Positions 18,428 to 28,186 of a DNA stretch of 64,000 bases are shown here, piece by piece. Made by a program: the position numbers and the translations under genes. The stretch lies in contig JADGPW010000140.1 in assembly GCA_017882265.1 (NCBI GenBank), positions 25,368 to 89,367 of the forward strand. The letters run 5' to 3'. Origin of the DNA: Chitinophagaceae bacterium. GTDB taxonomy: Bacteria > Bacteroidota > Bacteroidia > Chitinophagales > Chitinophagaceae. Under the pieces are notes generated by a model that saw only the letters and a program-made list of their open reading frames with translations, did no database searches and was not told the origin of the DNA. Position 1 is the stretch's first letter. Every line of letters begins with the position of its first letter.

Positions 18428-20881
18428 CTAATTTGATATACAGTCACCCACCCGTTTCATAACAATCGGTTTGTTAACGGGAAAGCGATTTATGAAAACC
18501 ATTAATAGTTTATTATTTTTATTCCAAATGGCACCTTCTTGCAGATTGGTGTTATTTCCAGTGACCTGAACAGGTTTCATTTTAACCCCGTTTACTTCCA
18601 CACAAAACGGTTTTGAAACCCCGTGAAAGACCAGTTGCCAGGCCCGTTGTACAGGTGCCTTGTTATAATTGCCATGAGTGGCTGCTATCGCCAATGAAAA
18701 GGGTGATTGGGTAAAATTGATAAGTGTAGTTCTTTTTTGGTTTTGGTTTTTGTAAGCTTCAGAAACCCCGTCGTCTTCATACAATTCGAAGACCGCATCT
18801 TTTCCCGGGTATATATGGATGGTCAGGCTATCATTATGAATGAACGCTGTGCTCAAAGCAAAATTCGCCATGGGTATGATGGACCCGGCTTTAACAAACA
18901 AGGGAAGTTTTCCAACAGGAGCCTCGTATTTTATTTCCTGATCTCCTTTTATGGGTGCATCGTTCCAGAAATCGTACCATTCGCCCTTAGGTAGCCAGAC
19001 AGATACCGTAGAGTTGGCGGAACAATTGGGTGCTACCAGCATTTCATTTCCCCACATGTATTGAAGATCGTGTTTCCAGGCCTGTGGATCATCCTGGTGA
19101 TCAATGACCATGGCCTGTGCAATAGGTAATCCTGTTTCATTTGCCTGGTGAGCGTAAGTATAAATGTAGGGGATGAGCTGATACCTTAGCCTGGTGTACT
19201 TTTTTGCATCATTCTGTACATACACCGGACGGTCAAGTGGCCAGCGCGATTGGCCTACACCGTGTGGTTTCCAGAAGGGAGTGAAACTGCCAAAAGCCAT
19301 TGACCATTGACGATACATAGAATCGGTAGGGCCTTGTTTTAATTCATAATCATAAAACCCTCCGGCATCATGTCCCCAGAAAGGGAATCCTGAAATACCC
19401 GCCAGTTGTAGGGCGCGGACCTGCGTTTTCATATCACTGTAAGTACTTTTTATATCCCCGCTCCATAAGGTGGCGTAACGTTGACCACCAGCCGTCATAC
19501 CACGTACCCATACAAAAGGCCGCCGGGTGCCTTTAAATTTTTTATCCCATCCTTCCTGTACCAATGATTTTGCCACCAGCATGAACCAGTAATTCTTTCT
19601 TTCCTCCCAAGTGGTTCCGTCGGCGAATTTCATGGAAAGAGGAGCTTTTCCCATTTCATCAAATTCATCTATCCATAAAGCATCTCCGGGAAAACTCAAG
19701 GCGGGATTTAATGTTTTATTCCACATTAAATTCCAAAACCATTCTCTAACTTCTTTCTTTGTAAAGTCGGGAGCACTGGTATTAAAATCAATTCCCTCAT
19801 TTTGAGGAAGATTGAACGAAGGTTTCCATCCTTCGCTTTGCACGGCGATACAGCGGTTGAAATCCAAAGTCAATATAAGGCCGTTTGAATGAACCCAGCG
19901 GGCATATTCATCCGGATGAGGGTATCGTACAGAGTCCCAGGCAAAATAGGATACACAGCGCTGACCTCCTCCCGCTCTCCAGCGATTATCATTAATAATA
20001 TGATCAATCGGGAATCCTGCATTCCTATGATCCGTGATTTTCTTTTTCCACCAATTTTCATCAGAGGGGTCGGAAGACTTTTCATCATTTCCCTTGTCCG
20101 AAAGCGCAAGTCCGAAGAATGCTTTAAGCGGTAACCTTGGTCTACCCGTAAGTTGTGTATAACGATCGATGATGGTGGAGAAACCAGGACCTGCAATCAC
20201 AAAGTAGTCCATCCGTCCTGTTCCCCGGATGGAGAATTCATATCCACCATTTTCACCGAAATTGAATGTATTGGGGAATGTGCTGTTCAGGAAAACGCCA
20301 TATCCTTTACCCGATAAATAAAATGGAACGATTAAAGGCGCCTGCTGTCCGTGTTCTGTCCCATAATTCCGTGAAACAGTTTTACCCTTTAGGTCAATAC
20401 TTTCTTCCCTCCCAAAATAACCATGTCCAAGACCTGTAAAATGTTCATTCGGATCATTTACAAATGATGACCGTATGGAATCTCCATTCCAACGTGGTAA
20501 ACCTGTTTCGGTAAGAAATGCAACGGCCTTTCCATTCATAGAAAAGGAAAGATTCATAGCGGATTTACTTACCCGGATAACCAGCCCATCTTTTTCACCG
20601 GTCTTTATGATAAAAGATGTTTTTTCTTCTACCCAGTTCAATTTTCCAGGCCATTGATGAGATACGACCATTTCATTCCTGTTATCCGGGAAAAAATCCT
20701 CATCTTTTCGGACCAGTTGAACACGCATGATATATTTTCCATAAGGCGTCAGTCGCAATCGTTCACCCTTTGTATCAGATAAGATAATGCTCCTGTGGAT
20801 CTGGATAAGCTTCAATCCGGATTGGGCTTTGCCTATTATCATGTCAACCATCAGGCCGGTAATGAAGAACCATTTTCTCAT
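18428..20881 (-). CDS. Glycoside hydrolase family 31 (alpha-glucosidase/alpha-xylosidase-like)
   Basis: 817 aa with a signal peptide. The nucleophile region is GDALWIDEFDE. The motif LWSGDIKSTYSDMKTQVRALQLAGISGFPFWGHDAGGF matches the GH31 WxGD...GxDxGGF acid/base region. Confidence 0.9.
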   Translation of the reverse strand: MRKWFFITGLMVDMIIGKAQSGLKLIQIHRSIILSDTKGERLRLTPYGKYIMRVQLVRKDEDFFPDNRNEMVVSHQWPGKLNWVEEKTSFIIKTGEKDGLVIRVSKSAMNLSFSMNGKAVAFLTETGLPRWNGDSIRSSFVNDPNEHFTGLGHGYFGREESIDLKGKTVSRNYGTEHGQQAPLIVPFYLSGKGYGVFLNSTFPNTFNFGENGGYEFSIRGTGRMDYFVIAGPGFSTIIDRYTQLTGRPRLPLKAFFGLALSDKGNDEKSSDPSDENWWKKKITDHRNAGFPIDHIINDNRWRAGGGQRCVSYFAWDSVRYPHPDEYARWVHSNGLILTLDFNRCIAVQSEGWKPSFNLPQNEGIDFNTSAPDFTKKEVREWFWNLMWNKTLNPALSFPGDALWIDEFDEMGKAPLSMKFADGTTWEERKNYWFMLVAKSLVQEGWDKKFKGTRRPFVWVRGMTAGGQRYATLWSGDIKSTYSDMKTQVRALQLAGISGFPFWGHDAGGFYDYELKQGPTDSMYRQWSMAFGSFTPFWKPHGVGQSRWPLDRPVYVQNDAKKYTRLRYQLIPYIYTYAHQANETGLPIAQAMVIDHQDDPQAWKHDLQYMWGNEMLVAPNCSANSTVSVWLPKGEWYDFWNDAPIKGDQEIKYEAPVGKLPLFVKAGSIIPMANFALSTAFIHNDSLTIHIYPGKDAVFELYEDDGVSEAYKNQNQKRTTLINFTQSPFSLAIAATHGNYNKAPVQRAWQLVFHGVSKPFCVEVNGVKMKPVQVTGNNTNLQEGAIWNKNNKLLMVFINRFPVNKPIVMKRVGDCISN

Positions 20882-21369
20882 TTCACATTTTTAATTTATT
20901 AAGAAAATAAAATACAGAATTATGCAATTTATTGTTTTCTCAAATGAATGGCCCGGGACAAAGAATGCTTTTGTTACAGTGATCTCTCAAATTACAAATA
21001 ATATATTAGGTACATTACTTATTGAAAAGTTCAATATGGGATGAAAATACATTTCACAAAGAATACCCGTTTATCCGGAATCATCTTGTGTGCAGGCTGC
21101 ACCACTTTGTTATTCAGGGAAATCTTTATATGTTTGATGGTTGCCTCATAATGAACGCAACCGGGGTTTATGGCAAAAACCTTTGCTGCTGTAATTTTTA
21201 TTTCCATTCTTGTTTCCATGGGAGCAGACATTGATCAACTGATCTTCCGGGCGGGAAATAAAAACAGCAGCCGTCGTTTGGAAACAATGATAAATTTCGG
21301 CGTATGGGTTTATAAAAAAAGTACAACAAAAAATAATAATCGATCATTAATAAAAAAGGAGCGTCTCAA

Positions 21370-22596
21370 ATGCATTTTGACAGCGGAATTACCGGGTTTA
21401 TGCTTCTGGCAACATCATTGGTGATGTTGATGACACCAGGGCTTGCTTTCTTTTACGGAGGACTGGCTAATAAAAGGAATATCCTTGGTATCATGATACA
21501 GAGTTTTGTATCCATGGGGATAACAACCATTCTTTGGTTTATCGCCGGGTACTCACTATGTTTCAGCGGTGGAGAGGGCGCTGTGATAGGTGACCTTCAT
21601 AAAGCATTTATGAATGGGGTCACGCTCAACACCCCTTTTCCGGGGAACACGAAACTTCCGGAATTTGTTTTCATGGCCTACCAGATGATGTTTGCCATCA
21701 TCACGCCCGCGCTCATCACCGGAGCATTCGTCGGTCGTGTTACTTTTAAAGCCTATTTGATATTCCTTGTATTATGGCAACTACTTGTGTATTATCCATT
21801 CGTACACATGATATGGGGTGGAGGTTTGCTGGCTCAATGGGGTGTACTCGATTTCGCCGGTGGTATTGTGGTTCATGCGAGTGCCGGGTTTGCAGCCCTG
21901 GCTTCGGTCATTTATTTGGGAAAAAGAAGAAACACAGAAAATAAGCCCAACAGCATTCCGCTTATTGCATTGGGCACAGGTTTGCTTTGGTTCGGTTGGT
22001 ATGGATTTAATGCTGGCAGTGCGCTTGACGTGAATGCCATAACAGGTCTTGCTTTTATCAATACAGATGTAGCTGCTTCCTTCGCTGCAGTAACCTGGCT
22101 CGTCATTGAATGGAGCCGCGGGGCTAAACAACCCAAATTTGTGGGGCTGCTTACCGGAGCGGTAGCAGGGTTAGCTACCATTACGCCTGCAGCGGGTTAT
22201 GTTTCACTTCCATTTGCGGCATTAATTGGCATTTTATCCGGGGGGATGTGCTATCTGGCTGTTGACTTTAAAAATAAGAGGGGATGGGATGATGCACTTG
22301 ATGTATGGGGGGTGCATGGAATTGGTGGTGTGTTGGGAACGATTTGTTTAGGAATTTTTGCCTCTAAGGTCGTTAACCCGGCAGGTGCGGATGGATTGAT
22401 AACCGGTAGCAGTCATTTTCTCGTGAAGCAGGTCATTGCTACCCTGGGTGCAGCTGCCTATGCTTTTATTTTTACCTATGTGATGCTGATTGTTATCAAT
22501 GCCATCACGAAAGTCCGTGTGGCGGAACATATAGAAGATAAAGGCCTGGATTCGGGTATTCATGGGGAAGCGGCCTATGACGAGGGGGTATTGTAG
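21370..22596 (+). CDS. amtB: Ammonium transporter (Amt family)
   Basis: TGFMLLATSLVMLMTPGLAFFYGGL, LDFAGGIVVHASAGFAAL, FGWYGFNAGS and DVWGVHGIGGVLGT. No P-II gene is adjacent. Confidence 0.95.
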   Translation: MHFDSGITGFMLLATSLVMLMTPGLAFFYGGLANKRNILGIMIQSFVSMGITTILWFIAGYSLCFSGGEGAVIGDLHKAFMNGVTLNTPFPGNTKLPEFVFMAYQMMFAIITPALITGAFVGRVTFKAYLIFLVLWQLLVYYPFVHMIWGGGLLAQWGVLDFAGGIVVHASAGFAALASVIYLGKRRNTENKPNSIPLIALGTGLLWFGWYGFNAGSALDVNAITGLAFINTDVAASFAAVTWLVIEWSRGAKQPKFVGLLTGAVAGLATITPAAGYVSLPFAALIGILSGGMCYLAVDFKNKRGWDDALDVWGVHGIGGVLGTICLGIFASKVVNPAGADGLITGSSHFLVKQVIATLGAAAYAFIFTYVMLIVINAITKVRVAEHIEDKGLDSGIHGEAAYDEGVL

Positions 22597-22709
22597 GACG
22601 AATTTATAATTACAGGATATGCGGATCTTGCGTTGTTGGAAAGAATTAATATAGTAAGAAATGAATACCGATAACCAGGAACAAAAAAGTTTGGGCCTCC
22701 AACTAATTA

Positions 22710-23933
22710 TCAGTTTTTTTCTAAACCCTTATAACCTACTGATTCACTCACCTGTCTCAATGATTTTTCCCATAATACGGTTTGCCTCCCTTTCATGAAT
22801 TTGATGAATCCTTTTACGAGGCAATAGTTCATAAATACGAAATAAAAAGGTATGGTAAAAAGACCGGCCCGTTTTCCGGAGCGGATGAGTATCCAGCCGG
22901 AGATAGCAAATAAATAAAACAGGATCTGCGCATAAAAAATCCAGTTATACCAATCGTAAAAGGGATGGTAACTGACAATAATGATATCTGATAATAGTAA
23001 AATAACAAGCATGATCGGGCAAAATATCCAGCGCAATAACCTTCTTGAAATGTATTGAAAGCTCAATAGCGGGTATTTAAATATATTCAGGCAGCTTTTT
23101 AAATACCCGATGGATTGATAGGCCCCGGCTGATATCCTGACTTTTCTCTTTTCCTCTTCCGCCAGGGAAGCAGAAGGCGATTCGGTAGCAAAAGCCCCCG
23201 GCTCGTATTCTATTTTATATCCCTGCAGGCAGACCCACATGGAGATGACAAAATCATCCAGTATCAGCTCATCATCCCATTCTTTAAATAAACGGGTCCG
23301 TATAGAATATAATTCTCCCGCCGCCCCGGCCACAGTATTAAATTCCGCATCAAGACTTTTCATGAATGATTCATACCGCCAATAAAGGCCTTCGGCTTCG
23401 CCCACTGCGGACAAATGCCGGTTAAACACAATTTTTTTCTCTCCTGCCACGCCACCCACTTTTGGATTCGAATAATGAGCAACCATACGCGTAATACATT
23501 CTTTATTCAGCATAGTATTGGCATCGCTGAATACGGTGATGGGTGTTTGTACCTGCAGCATTGCCCGTTTAACAGCGGCATACTTGCCTTTTCGAACGGG
23601 TTGATGTAGTACCGTTATGGCAGGATATTTTTTGATGAGCTCATAAGATCCATCCGTGGATCCATCGGTAATAAATATCAGGTGAAGTTTATCCGCCGGG
23701 TAATCGATCAACAGACTGTTCCGGATCTTTTGTTCCAGTACCGCTTCTTCATTATACGCGGTGACGATTAACGTAACGGGTAATAATTCAATGCCGGCAT
23801 TTTTTATTTTTTTGCTCAGGAAAATGTCGCGCATGGTATTCCGGATAAAGATCAGAATTCCATAACCGGCATAACAGTAGAACAAGACAGAAAGGCTTAT
23901 CCAGAAAAGAATGATCATAATGAAAATTACCAT
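22710..23933 (-). CDS. Membrane-embedded family 2 glycosyltransferase, processive-synthase-like
   Basis: N-terminal TM, GT-A core (VTLIVTAYNEE, ITDGSTDGS, VFSDANT) and C-terminal TM helices following an RRLLRW segment that resembles the QxxRW motif of processive GT2 synthases. Confidence 0.8.
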   Translation of the reverse strand: MVIFIMIILFWISLSVLFYCYAGYGILIFIRNTMRDIFLSKKIKNAGIELLPVTLIVTAYNEEAVLEQKIRNSLLIDYPADKLHLIFITDGSTDGSYELIKKYPAITVLHQPVRKGKYAAVKRAMLQVQTPITVFSDANTMLNKECITRMVAHYSNPKVGGVAGEKKIVFNRHLSAVGEAEGLYWRYESFMKSLDAEFNTVAGAAGELYSIRTRLFKEWDDELILDDFVISMWVCLQGYKIEYEPGAFATESPSASLAEEEKRKVRISAGAYQSIGYLKSCLNIFKYPLLSFQYISRRLLRWIFCPIMLVILLLSDIIIVSYHPFYDWYNWIFYAQILFYLFAISGWILIRSGKRAGLFTIPFYFVFMNYCLVKGFIKFMKGRQTVLWEKSLRQVSESVGYKGLEKN

Positions 23934-24350
23934 TTTCCCCGGGATGCAGGATGTGAAAATTTAGATCGTTGAATTCCTCAAGAGAAATAATGAAGGGCAC
24001 GGATGGCACAGATTGAGCGGAAGTCTGACTGAACTGGTAAGGATTTTACGGATTGATTTTAACGGATTCCCGACTCTCCATATTGATCCCTTTGCATCCG
24101 GGTCAGTAGGCCGTTTAAACACAATTTCTGAAAGCCAGGGCGGATTGTCCTTGTTCTACAATAATTATTTTGAATGTATAATTTACTGTCTTAGGATAGC
24201 AAATTTCCCAACCGGCTGACGAAATACTACTATACCCTTAAGGAAAAACTGATTTTAGTCATATTATTATTAAAAACCCTTGTCATTGCTGAATAATCAC
24301 TCTATTTTAGGTTTCAGAATCCAATACCTGGTTATCACAACAGGGTACGA

Positions 24351-25469
24351 ATGAAAAACCATATCCACTTTTTACAGCTTGACCTGTATTTCCATGACTT
24401 CAGGTTTGCCCTACTTTGTTTTATTACTGCTTTTGTAGTAACACTGATGGCTATACCTCCCATCATGGGATTGGTCAAAAGATACCAGTTATTTGATATA
24501 CCTTCTGCCAGGAAAGAACATGCTTCGCCAATTCCTACTATGGGTGGAGTTGCCATTATTGCCGGGATGATGGTGGCTCTTTTTCTTTGGTTTCCTTTCG
24601 GCAACCAGGAGGCCCAGATCTGTTTTTTCTTTTCCATTACCATATTGTTTGGTGTCGGTATCATGGATGATCTCAAAGATCTTTCAGCAAAATATAAGTT
24701 CATTATCCAGGCAGGGCTGGCCATGCTTATTGCTTTATCCGGTATCCGGATTACTTCTTTTGATGGTTTGTTCGGTATTCATGAACTGCCGCTGGCTGCC
24801 CAATATACATTGACCATTCTGGCCATCACCGGTATTACAAACGCTTTTAACATGATCGATGGAATTGATGGCCTGGCCGGAGGTTTAGGTTTTATGAGCC
24901 TTGTTACATTGGGCATATTTTTGACATTGGATGGCGATGTGAACACCGCTTTAATCGCTTTTGCGCTGGCGGGAGGGCTATTTGCCTTTCTATATTTCAA
25001 TTTTAATCCAGCCCGGATTTTTATGGGTGACACCGGTTCCCTTGTCCTGGGTTTTGTGATCGCCGTTCTTTGTATCCGTTTGATGCAGGTAAACCTAGCA
25101 GTAACCAACCCGGTATTGAACCATGCACCTGTATTTGTATTGGGCATTGTACTCATCCCTGTCTATGATACGCTACGGGTATTATCCATGAGAATATGGA
25201 AAGGCAGATCGCCTTTTATGGCCGATAAAACGCATATTCATCACATACTTACGAGAGCAGGTTTTAGCCATGGCTTTGCCGCAAAGCTGATCTGCTTTAT
25301 TCATGGCTTTGTATTAATAGAAGTATATTGGATGAGGTTCCTGCCCCAGGAGCTGATCGTGGCTATCCTGATTGCCATTATGTTACTGGTGACCTTTATT
25401 CTTAAAAATACAGGAATATTGTTCAAAAGATCTTCTGCGTTAAAATCATCGTCAATTACAGAAATCTGA
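24351..25469 (+). CDS. Polyprenyl-phosphate N-acetylhexosamine-1-phosphate transferase, MraY/WecA family
   Basis: Polytopic protein with GIMDDLKDLSAKYKF, NAFNMIDGIDGLAGG and IFMGDTGSLVLGF. Confidence 0.9.
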   Translation: MKNHIHFLQLDLYFHDFRFALLCFITAFVVTLMAIPPIMGLVKRYQLFDIPSARKEHASPIPTMGGVAIIAGMMVALFLWFPFGNQEAQICFFFSITILFGVGIMDDLKDLSAKYKFIIQAGLAMLIALSGIRITSFDGLFGIHELPLAAQYTLTILAITGITNAFNMIDGIDGLAGGLGFMSLVTLGIFLTLDGDVNTALIAFALAGGLFAFLYFNFNPARIFMGDTGSLVLGFVIAVLCIRLMQVNLAVTNPVLNHAPVFVLGIVLIPVYDTLRVLSMRIWKGRSPFMADKTHIHHILTRAGFSHGFAAKLICFIHGFVLIEVYWMRFLPQELIVAILIAIMLLVTFILKNTGILFKRSSALKSSSITEI

Positions 25470-25481
25470 GGAAGATCAGAT

Positions 25482-25503
25482 GGGCAGGGAACAGATGAAC
25501 AAG
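25482..25503. repeat. Inverted 22-nt exact copy of a repeat-family arm
   Basis: GGGCAGGGAACAGATGAACAAG is the exact reverse complement of CTTGTTCATCTGTTCCCTGCCC at 55742-55763. Confidence 0.7.
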
Positions 25504-25573
25504 TCCGCCTAATCTGATGGGCATGGGGTAATGAATGAGGGATTAAGGAAACTTCATCTGCCCGGCATTCAAT

Positions 25574-26302
25574 TCAGGGTTTTTTCTTTTTCTTTAATGA
25601 ACGTACGCCCATAACGAACAGGTTACGAATTCCCTGGCTTATGGTAATGGCAATGATCCTCATATCCAGCCACAAACCGGCTTTACGAACGTATTGCGCA
25701 TCCCAGAAATAACGGATCACTATGCTTTCATAATCGGTAGTAGGCCCATGATAACCGTTTACCTGTGCCAGACCAGTGATCCCGGGTCGTACAAGATTGC
25801 GGAACTGGTAGGAGGAGATTACAAAGGAGAAGCGGATACAATCTGCCAGCATATGAGGTCTTGGCCCCACCACACTCATATCCCCCACCAGCACGTTGAA
25901 AAATTGCGGTAACTCATCAATATTGGTTTTACGAAGAAAACGACCAATTCGTGTGACACGGGGATCGTTCTCATTGGCTTGTATTTCGTCGGCTTCGGCA
26001 TTTAATACCATCGTCCGGAATTTGATACACATAAAAGATAATCCTTTTGCACCCACCCGTTTCTGCCTGAAAAATATAGGCCCCTTTGAACTCAGCCTGA
26101 TAAGTAAGGCTATCGCTGGCAGCAGCCAACTCATTACCAGCACGATAATTAGCAAGGCGAATAAAATGTCGAAACATCGTTTTACAAATAAATACTTCTT
26201 TTTACTGGCAACGAAGCTGCGGATAATTCCGTTTTGGTTCCAGGCAGGGATTTTCCCGGCCGGAGAAATATGAAGGTTCGTATGATAATTTGCTTCGGGC
26301 AA
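25574..26302 (-). CDS. Small monotopic polyprenyl-phosphate sugar phosphotransferase (bacterial sugar transferase family)
   Basis: KRCFDILFALLIIVL (re-entrant helix), RQKRVGAKGLSFMCIKFRTM, DPRVTRIGRFLRKTNIDELPQFFNVLVGDMSVVGPRP and RPGITGLAQVNG. The track start is TTG, so the exact start is uncertain. Confidence 0.85.
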   Translation of the reverse strand: MPEANYHTNLHISPAGKIPAWNQNGIIRSFVASKKKYLFVKRCFDILFALLIIVLVMSWLLPAIALLIRLSSKGPIFFRQKRVGAKGLSFMCIKFRTMVLNAEADEIQANENDPRVTRIGRFLRKTNIDELPQFFNVLVGDMSVVGPRPHMLADCIRFSFVISSYQFRNLVRPGITGLAQVNGYHGPTTDYESIVIRYFWDAQYVRKAGLWLDMRIIAITISQGIRNLFVMGVRSLKKKKKP

Positions 26303-26388
26303 AATACGTTTCAGATTTTGTTAATGACAGACCTGGTATTAAATCGGCCAGTCCGTTAGAAAGGTTGCTTGATTTTATTTATTGATCT

Positions 26389-27384
26389 ATGCAAACAGCT
26401 TCATATCAAAAGCGGATCCATATTGCGGAAAATATTCATACCACCGATTGTACGGAGGTCAGCATATTGAAGGCCCTCGCTTATTTTGATATATTTCAGT
26501 ACCCCCTGACAAATAAGGAAATAAAACAGTACCTGGATAAACCGGTAACTGATAATGAACTGGAGAGGGCTATTCACCGCTTGGTGGAAGATGCCACTAT
26601 TTTCCGGATTGCAGATTTTTATTCATTGCAGGATAATTTGTTCCTGGCGGAGAAAAGAGCTGCAGGAAATTTGCGGGCTGAAAGATTGCTGCAAAAAGCC
26701 GCCAGGATCGGACGGTTCCTTTTTCAATTTCCATTTGTAAGAGCGATCGGTATCTCCGGCTCTTTATCTAAGAACTTTGCCGATGAAAAGGCCGACATCG
26801 ATTTTTTTATTATTGCAAAATCAAACAGGCTTTGGATTGCAAGGACATTCATGCATATTTTCAAAAAATTCACTTTTTGTACCGGCAACCAGCATATGTA
26901 TTGTATGAACTACTACATAGATGAAGAATCGCTGGGGATAGAAGAAAAAAATATTTTTACGGCTCTTGAAATAAAAACCCTTTTACCCGTATGTGGAAAA
27001 ACAGCGATGGAGTGTTTTTTTGCTGCCAATAACTGGACGAATGATCTTTTACCGGCCTGTAACTTCCGGCAACAAGTTCGACAGGAACCAAGGCTATCCT
27101 GGCTGAAACAGTTTATCGAATGGATCTTCGATAACAAAATGGGTAATCGTTTCGACGATCACCTTGCAGGAATCACGAGCCGGCGCTGGAAAAAGAAAGA
27201 AGAAAAAGGGAAACTCAATGAAAAAGGACAGCCGATGGGCCTGATCACCGGGAAACATTTTGCCCGGTCTAACCCTGATTCTTTCCAGGAGAAAGTGCTT
27301 TCGGTTTACAGCAGGCAACTGTCCACATTGGGATCGAAGTTGCCACAGTGGTTTGATGAGATCAGTCTTTCTTTCTCAGCGTAA
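26389..27384 (+). CDS. Hypothetical protein; possible winged-helix plus nucleotidyltransferase-fold domain
   Basis: The N-terminus ILKALAYFDIFQYPLTNKEIKQYL is wHTH-like. GISGSLSKNFADEKADIDFFII fits the G[SG]-x(9-13)-DxD pattern of Pol-beta-type NTases. This is a motif-level call only. Confidence 0.55.
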   Translation: MQTASYQKRIHIAENIHTTDCTEVSILKALAYFDIFQYPLTNKEIKQYLDKPVTDNELERAIHRLVEDATIFRIADFYSLQDNLFLAEKRAAGNLRAERLLQKAARIGRFLFQFPFVRAIGISGSLSKNFADEKADIDFFIIAKSNRLWIARTFMHIFKKFTFCTGNQHMYCMNYYIDEESLGIEEKNIFTALEIKTLLPVCGKTAMECFFAANNWTNDLLPACNFRQQVRQEPRLSWLKQFIEWIFDNKMGNRFDDHLAGITSRRWKKKEEKGKLNEKGQPMGLITGKHFARSNPDSFQEKVLSVYSRQLSTLGSKLPQWFDEISLSFSA

Positions 27385-28186
27385 TGATAAAATAATCTCC
27401 TATACTTTTCCAGGGCCATCTGGCTTTCCATTTATCTTCTTTTTTCTCCAGCCACCGGTACAATTTTGGATGTTTCACTGCAAAATTTTCCATATAGGAT
27501 GGAGCCACCAGGGTACACAATCCTTCAAGGTTTATTGTTTCAAATGATCCCCCGAGTTTTTTTTGAATGAATGAAGGAGCATAATACCAACACCTGAAAT
27601 ATTCACCTTCTATATGTGCCGGGGTTCCTCTATGCCCTGAAAACCTCCGGAAAGCGGTTTTAAACTTTCCTTTAAAAAGTAACATAAATTCCCATAAACA
27701 GAACCGGGGTAATACGACAAGGGTTACCAAGCCTCCCGGCTTGACCAAAAAAGCAAATGAATCCAATACCTTTTCGAGATTTGGAGTGCAGTTCAAACCG
27801 GCAAAATTCGAAAAAATAAGGTCATAGGGTCCGGGTTGCCGGAGGTTTTCCAATTCAGTAAATGAACAGATCTCCCGGGTAACCTTATTTTCCAGTTGCG
27901 CCTCGCTAATTTTTTTTTCTAATACGCGTTGCATACCGGCCGAAATATCGGTAGCATGGATCGTATGACCTTGTTGGGCGAAATAAACAGCATCATCTCC
28001 TGTCCCGGCATTTAGCTCCAGTATATGAGATCCGGCAGGAAGGAATCGCATCACATGTTCTCTAACTCTTTTTCTTTTGTACTGAATGATGTTATCCCTG
28101 CCATAGAGCAAATCAAACAGCGGGGCTTGTTTGCTAAAAGCCGCTGTGGCTGCCTGTTCATGAACATGAAGGAGGGGTTCGTTCAT
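27362..28186 (-). CDS. Class I SAM-dependent methyltransferase
   Basis: Motif I HILELNAGTGDDAVYFAQQGHTIHATDIS. The start overlaps the upstream radical SAM stop by 1 nt. Confidence 0.85.
   Translation of the reverse strand: MNEPLLHVHEQAATAAFSKQAPLFDLLYGRDNIIQYKRKRVREHVMRFLPAGSHILELNAGTGDDAVYFAQQGHTIHATDISAGMQRVLEKKISEAQLENKVTREICSFTELENLRQPGPYDLIFSNFAGLNCTPNLEKVLDSFAFLVKPGGLVTLVVLPRFCLWEFMLLFKGKFKTAFRRFSGHRGTPAHIEGEYFRCWYYAPSFIQKKLGGSFETINLEGLCTLVAPSYMENFAVKHPKLYRWLEKKEDKWKARWPWKSIGDYFIITLRKKD

Noticed and set aside
21022-21424. Small overlapping ORFs upstream of the ammonium transporter (possible P-II/GlnK or leader peptide)
   Set aside because: The translations bear no resemblance to P-II proteins (no MKKIEAIIRP-type N-terminus). 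They overlap each other on both strands, so they were treated as non-coding 5' region.
24013-24219. 68-aa ORF in the gap upstream of the WecA-like gene
   Set aside because: It is made largely of repeat-like intergenic words (GGATTTTACGGATTGATTTTAACGGATTCC and similar). It starts with a non-ATG codon and has no recognisable motif. It is likely non-coding.
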